A stretch of DNA of 40,218 nucleotides, taken from Candidatus Moraniibacteriota bacterium (GTDB taxonomy: Bacteria; Patescibacteriota; Minisyncoccia; Moranbacterales; GCA-2747515). The notes under the pieces were generated by a model, which was given only the letters and a program-made list of their open reading frames with translations, had not been told where the DNA came from and did not search any database. The stretch spans positions 1-40,218 of the forward strand of contig JAGLWU010000010.1 of the NCBI GenBank assembly GCA_023133275.1. The letters are read 5' to 3'. Position 1 is the first letter of the stretch. Every line of letters starts with the position of its first letter. The position numbers and the translations under genes are program-made. Shown here one piece after another: positions 1 to 8,828 of the stretch.

Positions 1-55
1 GGGCTTTAAATTGTTGAATTCAAGAGAAACTGAAGATTTATTAAATTAAAAATAA

Positions 56-2269
56 ATGCCTAAAAAAATTCTAAAAAAAACTTTCGGTTACAACAAATTC
101 CGACCGCTCCAAAAAGAAATAATACAAAACGTCTTGAACAAAAAAGATACAGTCGTATTAATGCCAACTGGAGGAGGAAAATCACTTTGCTATCAAATTC
201 CTGCAATTCATTTGCAAGGATTAACTATTGTAGTTTCACCATTAATTTCCTTAATGAAAGATCAAGTCGATGCTCTTCGTCAAAATGGAGTTGAAGCCGC
301 TTTTTGGAATTCCACACTTTCACTTGACCAACAAAATAAATTACAAGAAAAAATACATAATAAAGAATTAAACATTCTATACATTGCACCAGAAAGATTT
401 GGAGCAGGCGGATTTTTACAATTTTTACAAAACCTCAAAGACGACATTTCACTTTTTGCTATTGATGAGGCACATTGTATTTCGGCGTGGGGACACGATT
501 TTCGTCCAGATTATCGCAACTTGCAAATTCTTAAAAACGATTTTCCAAAAATTCCCATTATTGCTTTGACTGCAACAGCAACGCCGAAAGTTTTACAAGA
601 TATAATTTCAAACTTAAATTTAAGTAAAGACTTTAAAGTTTTTCAAGGATCTTTTGATCGGAAAAATTTGTTTTATGAAGTAAAACGAAAGCAAAAATCT
701 TTTGATCAAATTTGTTATTTTTTAAACAAACGGAAAAAACAGTCGGGAATTATTTATTGTTTTTCACGAAAAAAAGTCGATGACATGGCTTCTAAATTGA
801 AACATAAAGGTTTTTCAGTTTTGCCGTATCATGCAGGTTTAACTCCACAAGTTAGATCAAAAAATCAAGATAAATTTATTAAAGATGAAGTGCAAATTAT
901 TGTGGCGACGATTGCTTTTGGGATGGGGATTGATAAGCCAGATGTTCGCTTTGTCATTCATGACAGTTTACCAAAAAATATTGAAAGTTATTATCAGGAG
1001 ACTGGGCGAGCGGGACGTGATGGTGATCCAGCACATTGTCTTTTGTTTTTTTCTTATGGCGATAAACGAAACATTGAATTTTTCTTCAATGAAATTTCAA
1101 ATGATTTAGAACAAAAAAATGCGGAGGAAAAGTTGCAAAAAATGATTGATTTTTGTGAACAAAAAAGATGTCGGCGACAAATATTGTTAAATTATTTTGA
1201 TGAAGATTTTTTAATTTCTCCAGATAGAAGTGAAGAGAATGCAAAAAAATGTTGTGATTTTTGTGCAAATCCTCCAGAGACTTTTGATGCGACAGAAATT
1301 TCTTTTAAAATATTTTCGGCGATTGCTCGGACTGATCAGCGATTTGGAATGACGACGATTGTTGATATTTTGAAAGGCAGTAAAAATAAAAAAATGACTG
1401 GGCGTGGTTTTGAGAATTTATCAGTTTTTGGAATTGTCGATGATTTTTCAAAAGATGCGATGAGTGAAATTATTCGTCAATTGGTTGAACAGGGTTTTTT
1501 GCGAATTACAAAAGATGAATTTCCTGTTTTGAAATTGATGCAACAAGCAGCTGAAACTATTTCGAAAAGGAAAATGATTAAACTTTTTGAAGTTAAGCGA
1601 ACCGTTTCAGATTCAAGAACAGATGCGCAAGAAGATTTTGAATTTGATGAGGAATTATTTGAAGATTTGCGAGTATTACGAATGAAAATTGCTCAGGAGA
1701 AAAATCTTCCTCCTTATGTTATTTTTCATGATAAGGCTTTGCGTCAGATTTCGGCGATTTTACCGACTTCGACAGATGATTTGAAAAATATTTCAGGAAT
1801 TGGTCAGCGAAAAATTAATGAGTATGGTGATGATGTTTTGGAGATTGTTCGAAATTTTTGTGAAAGGAAAAAAGTTAATGTCGGTGATCATAAAAATAAT
1901 ATTGATCTTGAAAAAATTAATAAAGTTGAAGTTAAGATTTCTCCGCCGAATGGTCGTTCGTTTGAAACGTTAAATTTTATTCAGGATGGTAAGTCCTTGG
2001 AAGAAATTGCAGAAATTTTTGCGGTTAAAGTTGGGACAATCTGTTCTCATTTAGAGCGTTTGATTTTTGCGGGGGAAATTGAGGATATTGATGATTTTGT
2101 GGATGAAAAGACTCAAGAAATTATTGCGGATGCGTTTGATGATAATTTTGAGCAGGGACTTTCTTCAATTAAAGAAGGGTTGGGGGATGATTTTAGTTAT
2201 GATGAGATTAGATTGGTGAGGGTGATTGGGTTGAGGAATGAAAATAAAAAAGTTATAATTAAGATGTAA
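56..2269 (+). CDS. recQ: ATP-dependent DNA helicase RecQ (helicase core, RQC, HRDC, C-terminal HTH)
   Basis: MPTGGGKSLCYQ, DEAHCISAWGHDFRPDY, ATIAFGMGIDKPDVR, YYQETGRAGRDG, Zn-binding CRR...CCDFC, HRDC-like PPYVIFHD. Confidence 0.97.
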   Translation: MPKKILKKTFGYNKFRPLQKEIIQNVLNKKDTVVLMPTGGGKSLCYQIPAIHLQGLTIVVSPLISLMKDQVDALRQNGVEAAFWNSTLSLDQQNKLQEKIHNKELNILYIAPERFGAGGFLQFLQNLKDDISLFAIDEAHCISAWGHDFRPDYRNLQILKNDFPKIPIIALTATATPKVLQDIISNLNLSKDFKVFQGSFDRKNLFYEVKRKQKSFDQICYFLNKRKKQSGIIYCFSRKKVDDMASKLKHKGFSVLPYHAGLTPQVRSKNQDKFIKDEVQIIVATIAFGMGIDKPDVRFVIHDSLPKNIESYYQETGRAGRDGDPAHCLLFFSYGDKRNIEFFFNEISNDLEQKNAEEKLQKMIDFCEQKRCRRQILLNYFDEDFLISPDRSEENAKKCCDFCANPPETFDATEISFKIFSAIARTDQRFGMTTIVDILKGSKNKKMTGRGFENLSVFGIVDDFSKDAMSEIIRQLVEQGFLRITKDEFPVLKLMQQAAETISKRKMIKLFEVKRTVSDSRTDAQEDFEFDEELFEDLRVLRMKIAQEKNLPPYVIFHDKALRQISAILPTSTDDLKNISGIGQRKINEYGDDVLEIVRNFCERKKVNVGDHKNNIDLEKINKVEVKISPPNGRSFETLNFIQDGKSLEEIAEIFAVKVGTICSHLERLIFAGEIEDIDDFVDEKTQEIIADAFDDNFEQGLSSIKEGLGDDFSYDEIRLVRVIGLRNENKKVIIKM
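2231..2259 (+). promoter_or_regulatory. Putative sigma70 promoter inside the last codons of recQ
   Basis: TTGAGG (2231-2236), 17-bp spacer, TATAAT (2254-2259), 30 bp before the SGNH gene start. Confidence 0.5.
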
Positions 2270-2289
2270 GTTTTTTAAAATTAAAATCT

Positions 2290-2895
2290 ATGAGTAAAAG
2301 AGTTTGTATTCTTGGAGATAGTATCACACAAGGTTATAACGATTTTGAAAAAGGTGGTTGGGCAGATCGATTAAAAATTTATTTTAACAAAGAGAATTCT
2401 GATCATTCATTTTTCAATTTGGGAGTTTCTGGTGATAACACAGAAGATTTATTGAAGAGATTTAAAGTGGAAGCGGAAGCAAGAAATCCTGAGGTTTTTA
2501 TTGTTGCAATTGGAATAAATGATTCTCAATATATAGAAACAAAGAGTAATCCTAGAATTGATATAGAAAATTTTAAAAATAATTTGAAAACAATTAAAGA
2601 GATCGCGGATAATTTTTCTAAAAACATAGTTTTTATTGGGTTAACTAAAGTTAATGAATCAAAGGTGATGCCTATACCTTGGAGTATTACTAAGTATTAC
2701 GATAATGAAAATGTTCAATTGTATGATCAAGTGATTAAAGATTTTTGTGAGGAAAATAACATTTATTTTATAGAAATGTTTGATTTATTAGAAGAAGAGA
2801 ATTTGTCTGATGGTTTGCATCCAGATTCTGAAGGACATAAAAAAATGTTTGAAAAAATAAAAGATTTTTTAGTTGAAAATAAAATTATTAAATAA
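2290..2895 (+). CDS. SGNH/GDSL hydrolase
   Basis: Block I GDSIT, block II NLGVSG, block III GIND, block V DGLHP. Confidence 0.9.
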   Translation: MSKRVCILGDSITQGYNDFEKGGWADRLKIYFNKENSDHSFFNLGVSGDNTEDLLKRFKVEAEARNPEVFIVAIGINDSQYIETKSNPRIDIENFKNNLKTIKEIADNFSKNIVFIGLTKVNESKVMPIPWSITKYYDNENVQLYDQVIKDFCEENNIYFIEMFDLLEEENLSDGLHPDSEGHKKMFEKIKDFLVENKIIK

Positions 2896-2904
2896 TTTAA
2901 ACCT

Positions 2905-3207
2905 ATGAATAAAAAACAACCGCAACCAAACAATCAAATAAAACTTGCAGATAATATCGTGGGAGCAGAATATGCCAACATTGCACAAATAATGCATAAC
3001 AAAGAAGAATTTCGTTTAATGTTTGCTCATATTTTTGAACCGACGGGAAAAGTTGTGAGTAAAATTACAGTTACTTCCAGTCATTTTAAAAGAATAGTTT
3101 TAGCGATGCAGGAAAATTTAAAAAGGTATGAAGATCAGTTTGGTGAAATTGAAAAATCGGAAGGTCCGAGTTCCGAAGGGATTGGGTTTGCGGATAGGAA
3201 AGAATAG
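2905..3207 (+). CDS. DUF3467-like small protein
   Basis: YANIAQIMHNKEEFRLMF and HFKR...LKRYEDQFGEI pattern typical of this family (recalled). Confidence 0.7.
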   Translation: MNKKQPQPNNQIKLADNIVGAEYANIAQIMHNKEEFRLMFAHIFEPTGKVVSKITVTSSHFKRIVLAMQENLKRYEDQFGEIEKSEGPSSEGIGFADRKE

Positions 3208-3215
3208 TTTTTTTG

Positions 3216-3224
3216 TGTTATAAT
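3216..3224 (+). promoter_or_regulatory. Extended -10 promoter element
   Basis: TGTTATAAT 27 bp upstream of the lipoprotein start. Confidence 0.55.
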
Positions 3225-3251
3225 CGATATACTTATTTTTAATAAAACATT

Positions 3252-4130
3252 ATGAAGAAAATATTAATTTTGTTTGGGCTAATATTTGTTCTAGCTGGTT
3301 GTGGGCAACAGGTACAAAAAGATGTTTTAGATGAGCAAAAAGTAAAAGATGAGAGTAAGAAAAGTCAAAATAAAAAAGAAGTTGTTATTACTGAAGATAA
3401 AAATTTAGTTAAAGAAAAAAAGGACTTAGATAATATTTCAGAGCAAAAAGAGAACGATTTAGCTGTTTATAAAAATGAAAAATATAATTACAGTTTTAAA
3501 TATCCAAAGGACTGGTATCTTTATGAATATTCTGAGTATAAAGAAAAATGTCCAACTGATAGTCCTATATATGGAGAAGGTGTTATTACTTTAAGTAGGA
3601 CTAAACTAGAAGGATGTGAGATTGTTGGAGATGGAAGTCGTAATAGTATTTTTGGTGGGGATATTATTTTTTGGGCAGGAGATAAGGGTGGTTCGGTTCA
3701 TCCTGTTGAGGGAAAAATAAACTATGGAAGGGAAGAAGTATTTATTGGAAATGTCATAAGATCATTAAAAAATATTCCTTCTTCAGATACAGCTTTACCG
3801 ATAGTTTCTTATAAATTTAGGGTAGCAAAGTTTAATTATGGTGTAATGTTTAAATCAAAAGATAGAAAAAATATTGACCTAGAATTAGCTAAATTTTTAG
3901 ATAGTATAGTTATAGAAGATTATTATTGTGAAACAGATAGTGATTGTGTTATAAAAGAAGAAAAAGATACTTGTCTTGAATGTGATAAAAAGTTTACTTG
4001 TGTTAATGAAAATTCAGAAATTGATAAAATGGAACCTATGTGTGCTCTATCGAAAGATTATGAAACATGTATTAATTCAGTTATTCCTACAGGTTGTCAG
4101 TGTGTAAATAACATATGTGAGTCTAATTAA
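3252..4130 (+). CDS. Lipoprotein with PsbP-like segment and Cys-rich C-terminus
   Basis: Lipobox VLAG|C; YKNEKYNYSFKYPKDW motif; C-terminal CETDSDC...GCQCVNNIC. Confidence 0.7.
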   Translation: MKKILILFGLIFVLAGCGQQVQKDVLDEQKVKDESKKSQNKKEVVITEDKNLVKEKKDLDNISEQKENDLAVYKNEKYNYSFKYPKDWYLYEYSEYKEKCPTDSPIYGEGVITLSRTKLEGCEIVGDGSRNSIFGGDIIFWAGDKGGSVHPVEGKINYGREEVFIGNVIRSLKNIPSSDTALPIVSYKFRVAKFNYGVMFKSKDRKNIDLELAKFLDSIVIEDYYCETDSDCVIKEEKDTCLECDKKFTCVNENSEIDKMEPMCALSKDYETCINSVIPTGCQCVNNICESN

Positions 4131-4217
4131 TTTTTGATTTAGTAAATAAAACCTCTTTCCTAGTGATTGAGGCTTTTTGTTTTGTTAGCGTGTTGAATAT
4201 TTAAAATCATGCATTAA

Positions 4218-4237
4218 AAAGCCCGTGCGGCGAGCAC
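4218..4237 (+). repeat. Dispersed 20-bp motif, copy 1 (AAAGCCCGTGCGGCGAGCAC)
   Basis: Identical to the copies at 16281, 26749 and 33276. Confidence 0.95.
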
Positions 4238-4277
4238 TTTATTTATTTTTCTTGAGGATTTGAAAAAACTTAAAATT

Positions 4278-4306
4278 TTGCAACACCTTTTTTAAAATGT
4301 TACAAT
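4278..4306 (+). promoter_or_regulatory. sigma70 promoter of pheT
   Basis: TTGCAA, 17-bp spacer ending in TGn, TACAAT. Confidence 0.7.
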
Positions 4307-4344
4307 TGAGAATGTAAAATTAACTTTTTAAAATACTAAATTTT

Positions 4345-6759
4345 ATGAAATTTTCATATAACTGGCTCAAGGAAATAAGCGGAACTAAAAAAACAGCTCA
4401 AGAAATAGCAGATTTATTTCTAACACATAGCTTTGAAGTTGAAGAAATTATCGATTTAGGAAAAAATTTAGAAAATGTAGTTGTTGGTGAAGTTTTAAGT
4501 GTAGAAAAACATTCTGATGCAGATAAATTAAATGTAGCTAAAGTGAATGTTGGCAATGAAAAATTGCAGATTGTTTGTGGTGCATCAAATTTAGAAGTTG
4601 GACAAAAAGTTCCTGTGGCATTGATTGGAGCGAAATTACCAATGCCAGAAAATAAAGAAACTATTAAATTTTTTGAAATTAAAAAGGCTAAATTGCGAGG
4701 AATTGAGTCGAGTGGGATGATTTGTGCGGAAGATGAATTAGAGTTGGGAGAAAATCACGATGGAATTATGGTTTTAGCTGAAAATGCGGAAGTTGGTCAG
4801 TCTCTCGCAGAATATTTACAGTTGAATGATTTTGTTTTTGACATTGATATTTTACCAAATCGGGGACATGATTGTTTAAGTTATAATGGAATTGCACGGG
4901 AAATTGTTACTTTGGATCAAAATATTGATTTAAAAGATTGGCAGGAAAAAAATGTTGAGAATGATATTTTTTCTGATAAAAAAGGTGATAGTTTGAATAT
5001 TTCTATTGATACGGAAAATTGTAATCGCTATATTGGTACAAAGATTAGTGGTGTGAAAATTGGTGAGGCGCCAGAGTGGATGAAAGTAAGATTAAAAGCG
5101 TCAGGAATGAATTCTATTAATAATATTGTTGATATTACTAATTATGTGATGTTGGAAACTGGTCAGCCGTTGCATGCTTTTGATACAAATAAAGTTGAAA
5201 AAATTTCTGTTCGTCAGGCAAAAAATAAGGAAAAAATAATGTTATTAGATGATGATGAAATTGAATTGATTGAAGATGATATTGTAATTACTGATGGAAA
5301 AAATCCGATTGCATTGGCGGGTGTGATGGGTGGTAAAGATAGTGGAATTGCAGATGAGACGACAGATATTATTTTGGAAAGTGCTAATTTTAATTCCAGT
5401 TCAATTCGTTTTACACAACGGCGGTATAATTTGCAAACAGATGCAGCTTATCGTTTTGAGCGAGATATTGATCCTAATTTTACTGAGCAGGCGACAGTGC
5501 GAGCGATTGAGTTAATTCAAGAATTATGTGGTGGAAAAGTTGAAATTGTTAAAGATAATTATAATAAAAAAATTAAGCCGTGGACAGTTCAGCTTTCGGG
5601 TGAATACGTGAGAAAACTTTTGGGAACCGATATTTCTAGCGAAAAAATTGTGAATATTTTAGAGCGGTTGGGAATTGGTACAGATGGAAAAGCAGGTGAG
5701 GAAAAAATTTCTTGCATTATTCCAACTCGACGAAGGGATTTGCGAGGTCAGGAAGATTTGATTGAAGAAATTGGACGAGTTTATGGTTACGACAAAATTA
5801 AACCAATTCCAATTGTTGGAAATGTTGAATTGCCATATCGAAATGAACAGAGATTTTTTGAGCGAGCTTTGAAAGACATTTGTGTGGGAAGTGGTTTTAG
5901 TGAAATTAAAGGCTATTCTTTTTACGGAAAAGATCAAGCGGAGGCAATTGGTTTAGGTGAGAAAAAACATTTAGCTCTTTTGAATCCATTTAATGTGGAA
6001 CAAGATTTTTTACGACGAACTTTGGCGGTTCATTTGCTTTCTGCGGACAAGAAAAATTTGAGTTATTTTGATCAAGTGAATATTTTTGAAATTGGTAGGA
6101 TTTATAATCCAACTGAAAATTCTCTTCCTGATGAAAAATTAGTTTTTGGTGCAAGTGTGGCGAGTAAAAATAAAAAGGGTGAACAATTTTTTGAACTGAA
6201 AGGTTTGCTGGAAGTTTTATTTGAACGAGTTGGTTTGAATGATTTTTATTTCGATGATTCTTTAGATGAGACTGAACAATATTTAATTCCGTCTTTGCAT
6301 CCATCTCGACAAGCGGTAATTAAGATTGCGGACGGAAAGGTTTTAGGTTGGATTGGTGAAATGAGTCGAAATTCTCATAAGCACTTTGGCTTGAAAAAAG
6401 TTAAAGTATCAGTTTGTGAGATTGACATTGATAATTTGCTAGCGGAGACAGAGAAAGAGCGATTTTTTGAACCGTTGGCGAAGTTTCCTTTTGTGAATCG
6501 TGATTTGTCGATGATTGTTGGCGAAGAGGTCCGAGTTGGTGATGTTGAACGGGTGATTTATATGGCTGGTGGTGATTTGGTGAAAGATGTTGATTTGTTC
6601 GATCTTTATGTGAATGCTGAAAGCAGTGAGCGTTCAATGGCTTTTCGGATTACATTTGGAAATGTTGAGAGGACTTTGAAATCTGAGGAAGTTGATGAGA
6701 GGATTATTAAAATTATTGAGAGTGTTGAGGAGAAATTGGGAGTTGAGGTGAGGAAATAA
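4345..6759 (+). CDS. pheT: Phenylalanine--tRNA ligase beta subunit
   Basis: MKFSYNWLKE start, QIVCGASN, PNRGHDCLS, GQPLHAFD, DLIEEIGRVYGY, ferredoxin-fold anticodon domain RDLS...RSMAFRI. Confidence 0.97.
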   Translation: MKFSYNWLKEISGTKKTAQEIADLFLTHSFEVEEIIDLGKNLENVVVGEVLSVEKHSDADKLNVAKVNVGNEKLQIVCGASNLEVGQKVPVALIGAKLPMPENKETIKFFEIKKAKLRGIESSGMICAEDELELGENHDGIMVLAENAEVGQSLAEYLQLNDFVFDIDILPNRGHDCLSYNGIAREIVTLDQNIDLKDWQEKNVENDIFSDKKGDSLNISIDTENCNRYIGTKISGVKIGEAPEWMKVRLKASGMNSINNIVDITNYVMLETGQPLHAFDTNKVEKISVRQAKNKEKIMLLDDDEIELIEDDIVITDGKNPIALAGVMGGKDSGIADETTDIILESANFNSSSIRFTQRRYNLQTDAAYRFERDIDPNFTEQATVRAIELIQELCGGKVEIVKDNYNKKIKPWTVQLSGEYVRKLLGTDISSEKIVNILERLGIGTDGKAGEEKISCIIPTRRRDLRGQEDLIEEIGRVYGYDKIKPIPIVGNVELPYRNEQRFFERALKDICVGSGFSEIKGYSFYGKDQAEAIGLGEKKHLALLNPFNVEQDFLRRTLAVHLLSADKKNLSYFDQVNIFEIGRIYNPTENSLPDEKLVFGASVASKNKKGEQFFELKGLLEVLFERVGLNDFYFDDSLDETEQYLIPSLHPSRQAVIKIADGKVLGWIGEMSRNSHKHFGLKKVKVSVCEIDIDNLLAETEKERFFEPLAKFPFVNRDLSMIVGEEVRVGDVERVIYMAGGDLVKDVDLFDLYVNAESSERSMAFRITFGNVERTLKSEEVDERIIKIIESVEEKLGVEVRK

Positions 6760-6783
6760 GAGATTTTAAAAATAAAAGTATTT

Positions 6784-7773
6784 ATGAATAATCTAAAATT
6801 TATTGATTTTTGTGCAGGTATTGGAGGAGGGAGGCTTGCGTTTGAGAATCTAGGACTTGAATGTCTTGGTTTTTCTGAAATTGATAAAAATGCTGAAAAA
6901 ACATATAAATTATTTTATGGAGAAAACGAAAAGAATTATGGAGATTTAACAAAAATAAATACAGATGAATTACTAGATTTTGATGTAATGGTTGGAGGTT
7001 TTCCTTGTCAGACATTTTCTGTAATTGGGCAAAGAAAAGGAATGAAAGATGAAAGAGGTGAAATAATTTTTCATCTTATAAATATAATGAAGAAAAAAAA
7101 TGTTAAATTTTTTCTCTTAGAAAATGTAAAAGGTCTTGTAAATCATGATAAAGGAAGATCTTTAAAAATTATTTTAGAAGCTCTTAATGAAGCTGGTTAT
7201 CATGTAGATTGGAAGGTTTTAAGTAGTATCAATTATGGAGTTCCACAAATGAGAGAAAGAATTTATTTTATGGGAATTAGAAAAGATTTATTAAATGATA
7301 ATATAAAGTTTTCTTTTCCAAAAAATACTACACAAACAGCAAATGTTGAAGATTTTTTAATTGATGATAGTGATCTTACTTTTAATGAAAAACAACAAGC
7401 CTATAAAACTTTTCTAAAATATCTCAATAATAAATACAACCAAAACAAACATTTAATAGAAAAATTATTAGAAAGTGAATATCTTGTTTTAGATACAAGA
7501 CAATCAGATTTGAGATTATATTACAATAGAGTTCCAACTCTTAGACTTGGAAGACATGGAATTTTGTATGTAAAAAATGGAAAATTCAGAAAATTATCTG
7601 GCTATGAATCCTTACTGTTACAAGGATTTCCGAAAAAACTAGCAAAAAAAGCAAAAGAAAATATTGCAGAAGCTCATATTTTGAGACAGGCAGGAAATGC
7701 AATGACTGTAAACACGGTACAAGCAATAGCTGAAAAAATGCTAGATTTTGCAAAAAATTTAAAAATTAACTAA
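6784..7773 (+). CDS. C5-cytosine DNA methyltransferase, probably GCGC-specific; now orphan
   Basis: FCAGIGG, GFPCQ, ENVKGL, QMRER, QAGNA; TRD segment LDTRQSDLRLY..PTLR..RHG resembles GCGC methyltransferases (recalled); followed by a HinP1I-like stump. Confidence 0.9.
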   Translation: MNNLKFIDFCAGIGGGRLAFENLGLECLGFSEIDKNAEKTYKLFYGENEKNYGDLTKINTDELLDFDVMVGGFPCQTFSVIGQRKGMKDERGEIIFHLINIMKKKNVKFFLLENVKGLVNHDKGRSLKIILEALNEAGYHVDWKVLSSINYGVPQMRERIYFMGIRKDLLNDNIKFSFPKNTTQTANVEDFLIDDSDLTFNEKQQAYKTFLKYLNNKYNQNKHLIEKLLESEYLVLDTRQSDLRLYYNRVPTLRLGRHGILYVKNGKFRKLSGYESLLLQGFPKKLAKKAKENIAEAHILRQAGNAMTVNTVQAIAEKMLDFAKNLKIN

Positions 7774-7781
7774 AAGATTTT

Positions 7782-7859
7782 ATGAATGATAAACAAGCCA
7801 AAGGTTCAAAAACTGCAAAAGACGGATTTAAAAATGAGTATATTCTATGTTATAATTAA
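7782..7859 (+). pseudogene. Truncated N-terminus of a HinP1I-family restriction endonuclease
   Basis: Translates MNDKQAKGSKTAKDGFKNE then YILCYN*; GSKTAKDGFKNE matches the start of R.HinP1I as I recall it; absent from the ORF track. Confidence 0.7.
7848..7856 (+). promoter_or_regulatory. Extended -10 promoter of the second R-M cassette
   Basis: TGTTATAAT immediately after the endonuclease breakpoint. Confidence 0.55.
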
Positions 7860-7887
7860 ATTATCATAATAAATTTAAAAAATATAG

Positions 7888-8826
7888 ATGAAATTTATAG
7901 ATTTATTCGCTGGAATAGGTGGAATAAAAACAGGTTTTGAAAAAGTTGGTTTTGATTGTGTTTTTTCTAATGATTTTGATAAAAATGCAAAAATAACATT
8001 TGATTTGAATTTTTCTAATCCAATGGTTCTTGGTGATATTCAAGAAATTAAACTTGATGATATTCCTAATTTTGATGTTTTATGCGGAGGTTTTCCTTGT
8101 CAGCCTTTTTCGATTGCGGGATATAGACAAGGGTTCAAAGATGAAGATGGAAGAGGAAATTTATTTTTTGATATAGTTAGAATTTTAAAAGAAAAAAAGC
8201 CAAAAGCCTTTTTATTGGAAAATGTTAAAAATTTAAAAACACATGATAAAGGACATACAGTAAAAGTTATTTTTGAACAGCTTGAGAGTTTAGGCTATAA
8301 AGTTGATAAAGATGTTTTGAATACTATAAAATATGGAAATCTTCCTCAAAATAGAGAAAGAATTTACATTGTTGGTTTTTTAGAACAGGAAGCTTTTGAA
8401 AAATTTGAATTTCCAAAGAAGATAAAACTTACAAAAACTATCCATGATTGTTTGGAAAATAAAAAGATTGATGATAAATATTATTATAATGACAAACCTC
8501 TTTATGAAAAATTGAAGGATGATGTTATAAAAAAAGATACAGTATATCAATGGAGGAGAAAATATGTTAGAGAAAATAAAAGTGGCGTTTGTCCTACTTT
8601 AACAGCAAATATGGGAATGGGTGGTCATAATGTACCAATTATTTTGGATTCAAAAGGAATTAGAAAGCTAACACCAAGAGAATGTGCTAATTTTCAAGGG
8701 TTTCCGAAAAGTTATAAATTACCAGATATAGCGGATTCTCATTTATATAAACAGTTTGGTAATTCTGTTTCGATACCTGTAATAAAAAGAGTTGCAAAAA
8801 ATATTTATAAAGCTTTAAATAAATAG
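7888..8826 (+). CDS. C5-cytosine DNA methyltransferase, GCNGC-type TRD
   Basis: LFAGIGG, GFPCQPFS, ENVKNL, QNRER, QFGNSV; TRD YQWRRKYVRENKSGVCPTLTANMG resembles M.Bsp6I-like enzymes (recalled). Confidence 0.92.
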   Translation: MKFIDLFAGIGGIKTGFEKVGFDCVFSNDFDKNAKITFDLNFSNPMVLGDIQEIKLDDIPNFDVLCGGFPCQPFSIAGYRQGFKDEDGRGNLFFDIVRILKEKKPKAFLLENVKNLKTHDKGHTVKVIFEQLESLGYKVDKDVLNTIKYGNLPQNRERIYIVGFLEQEAFEKFEFPKKIKLTKTIHDCLENKKIDDKYYYNDKPLYEKLKDDVIKKDTVYQWRRKYVRENKSGVCPTLTANMGMGGHNVPIILDSKGIRKLTPRECANFQGFPKSYKLPDIADSHLYKQFGNSVSIPVIKRVAKNIYKALNK

Positions 8827-8828
8827 TT

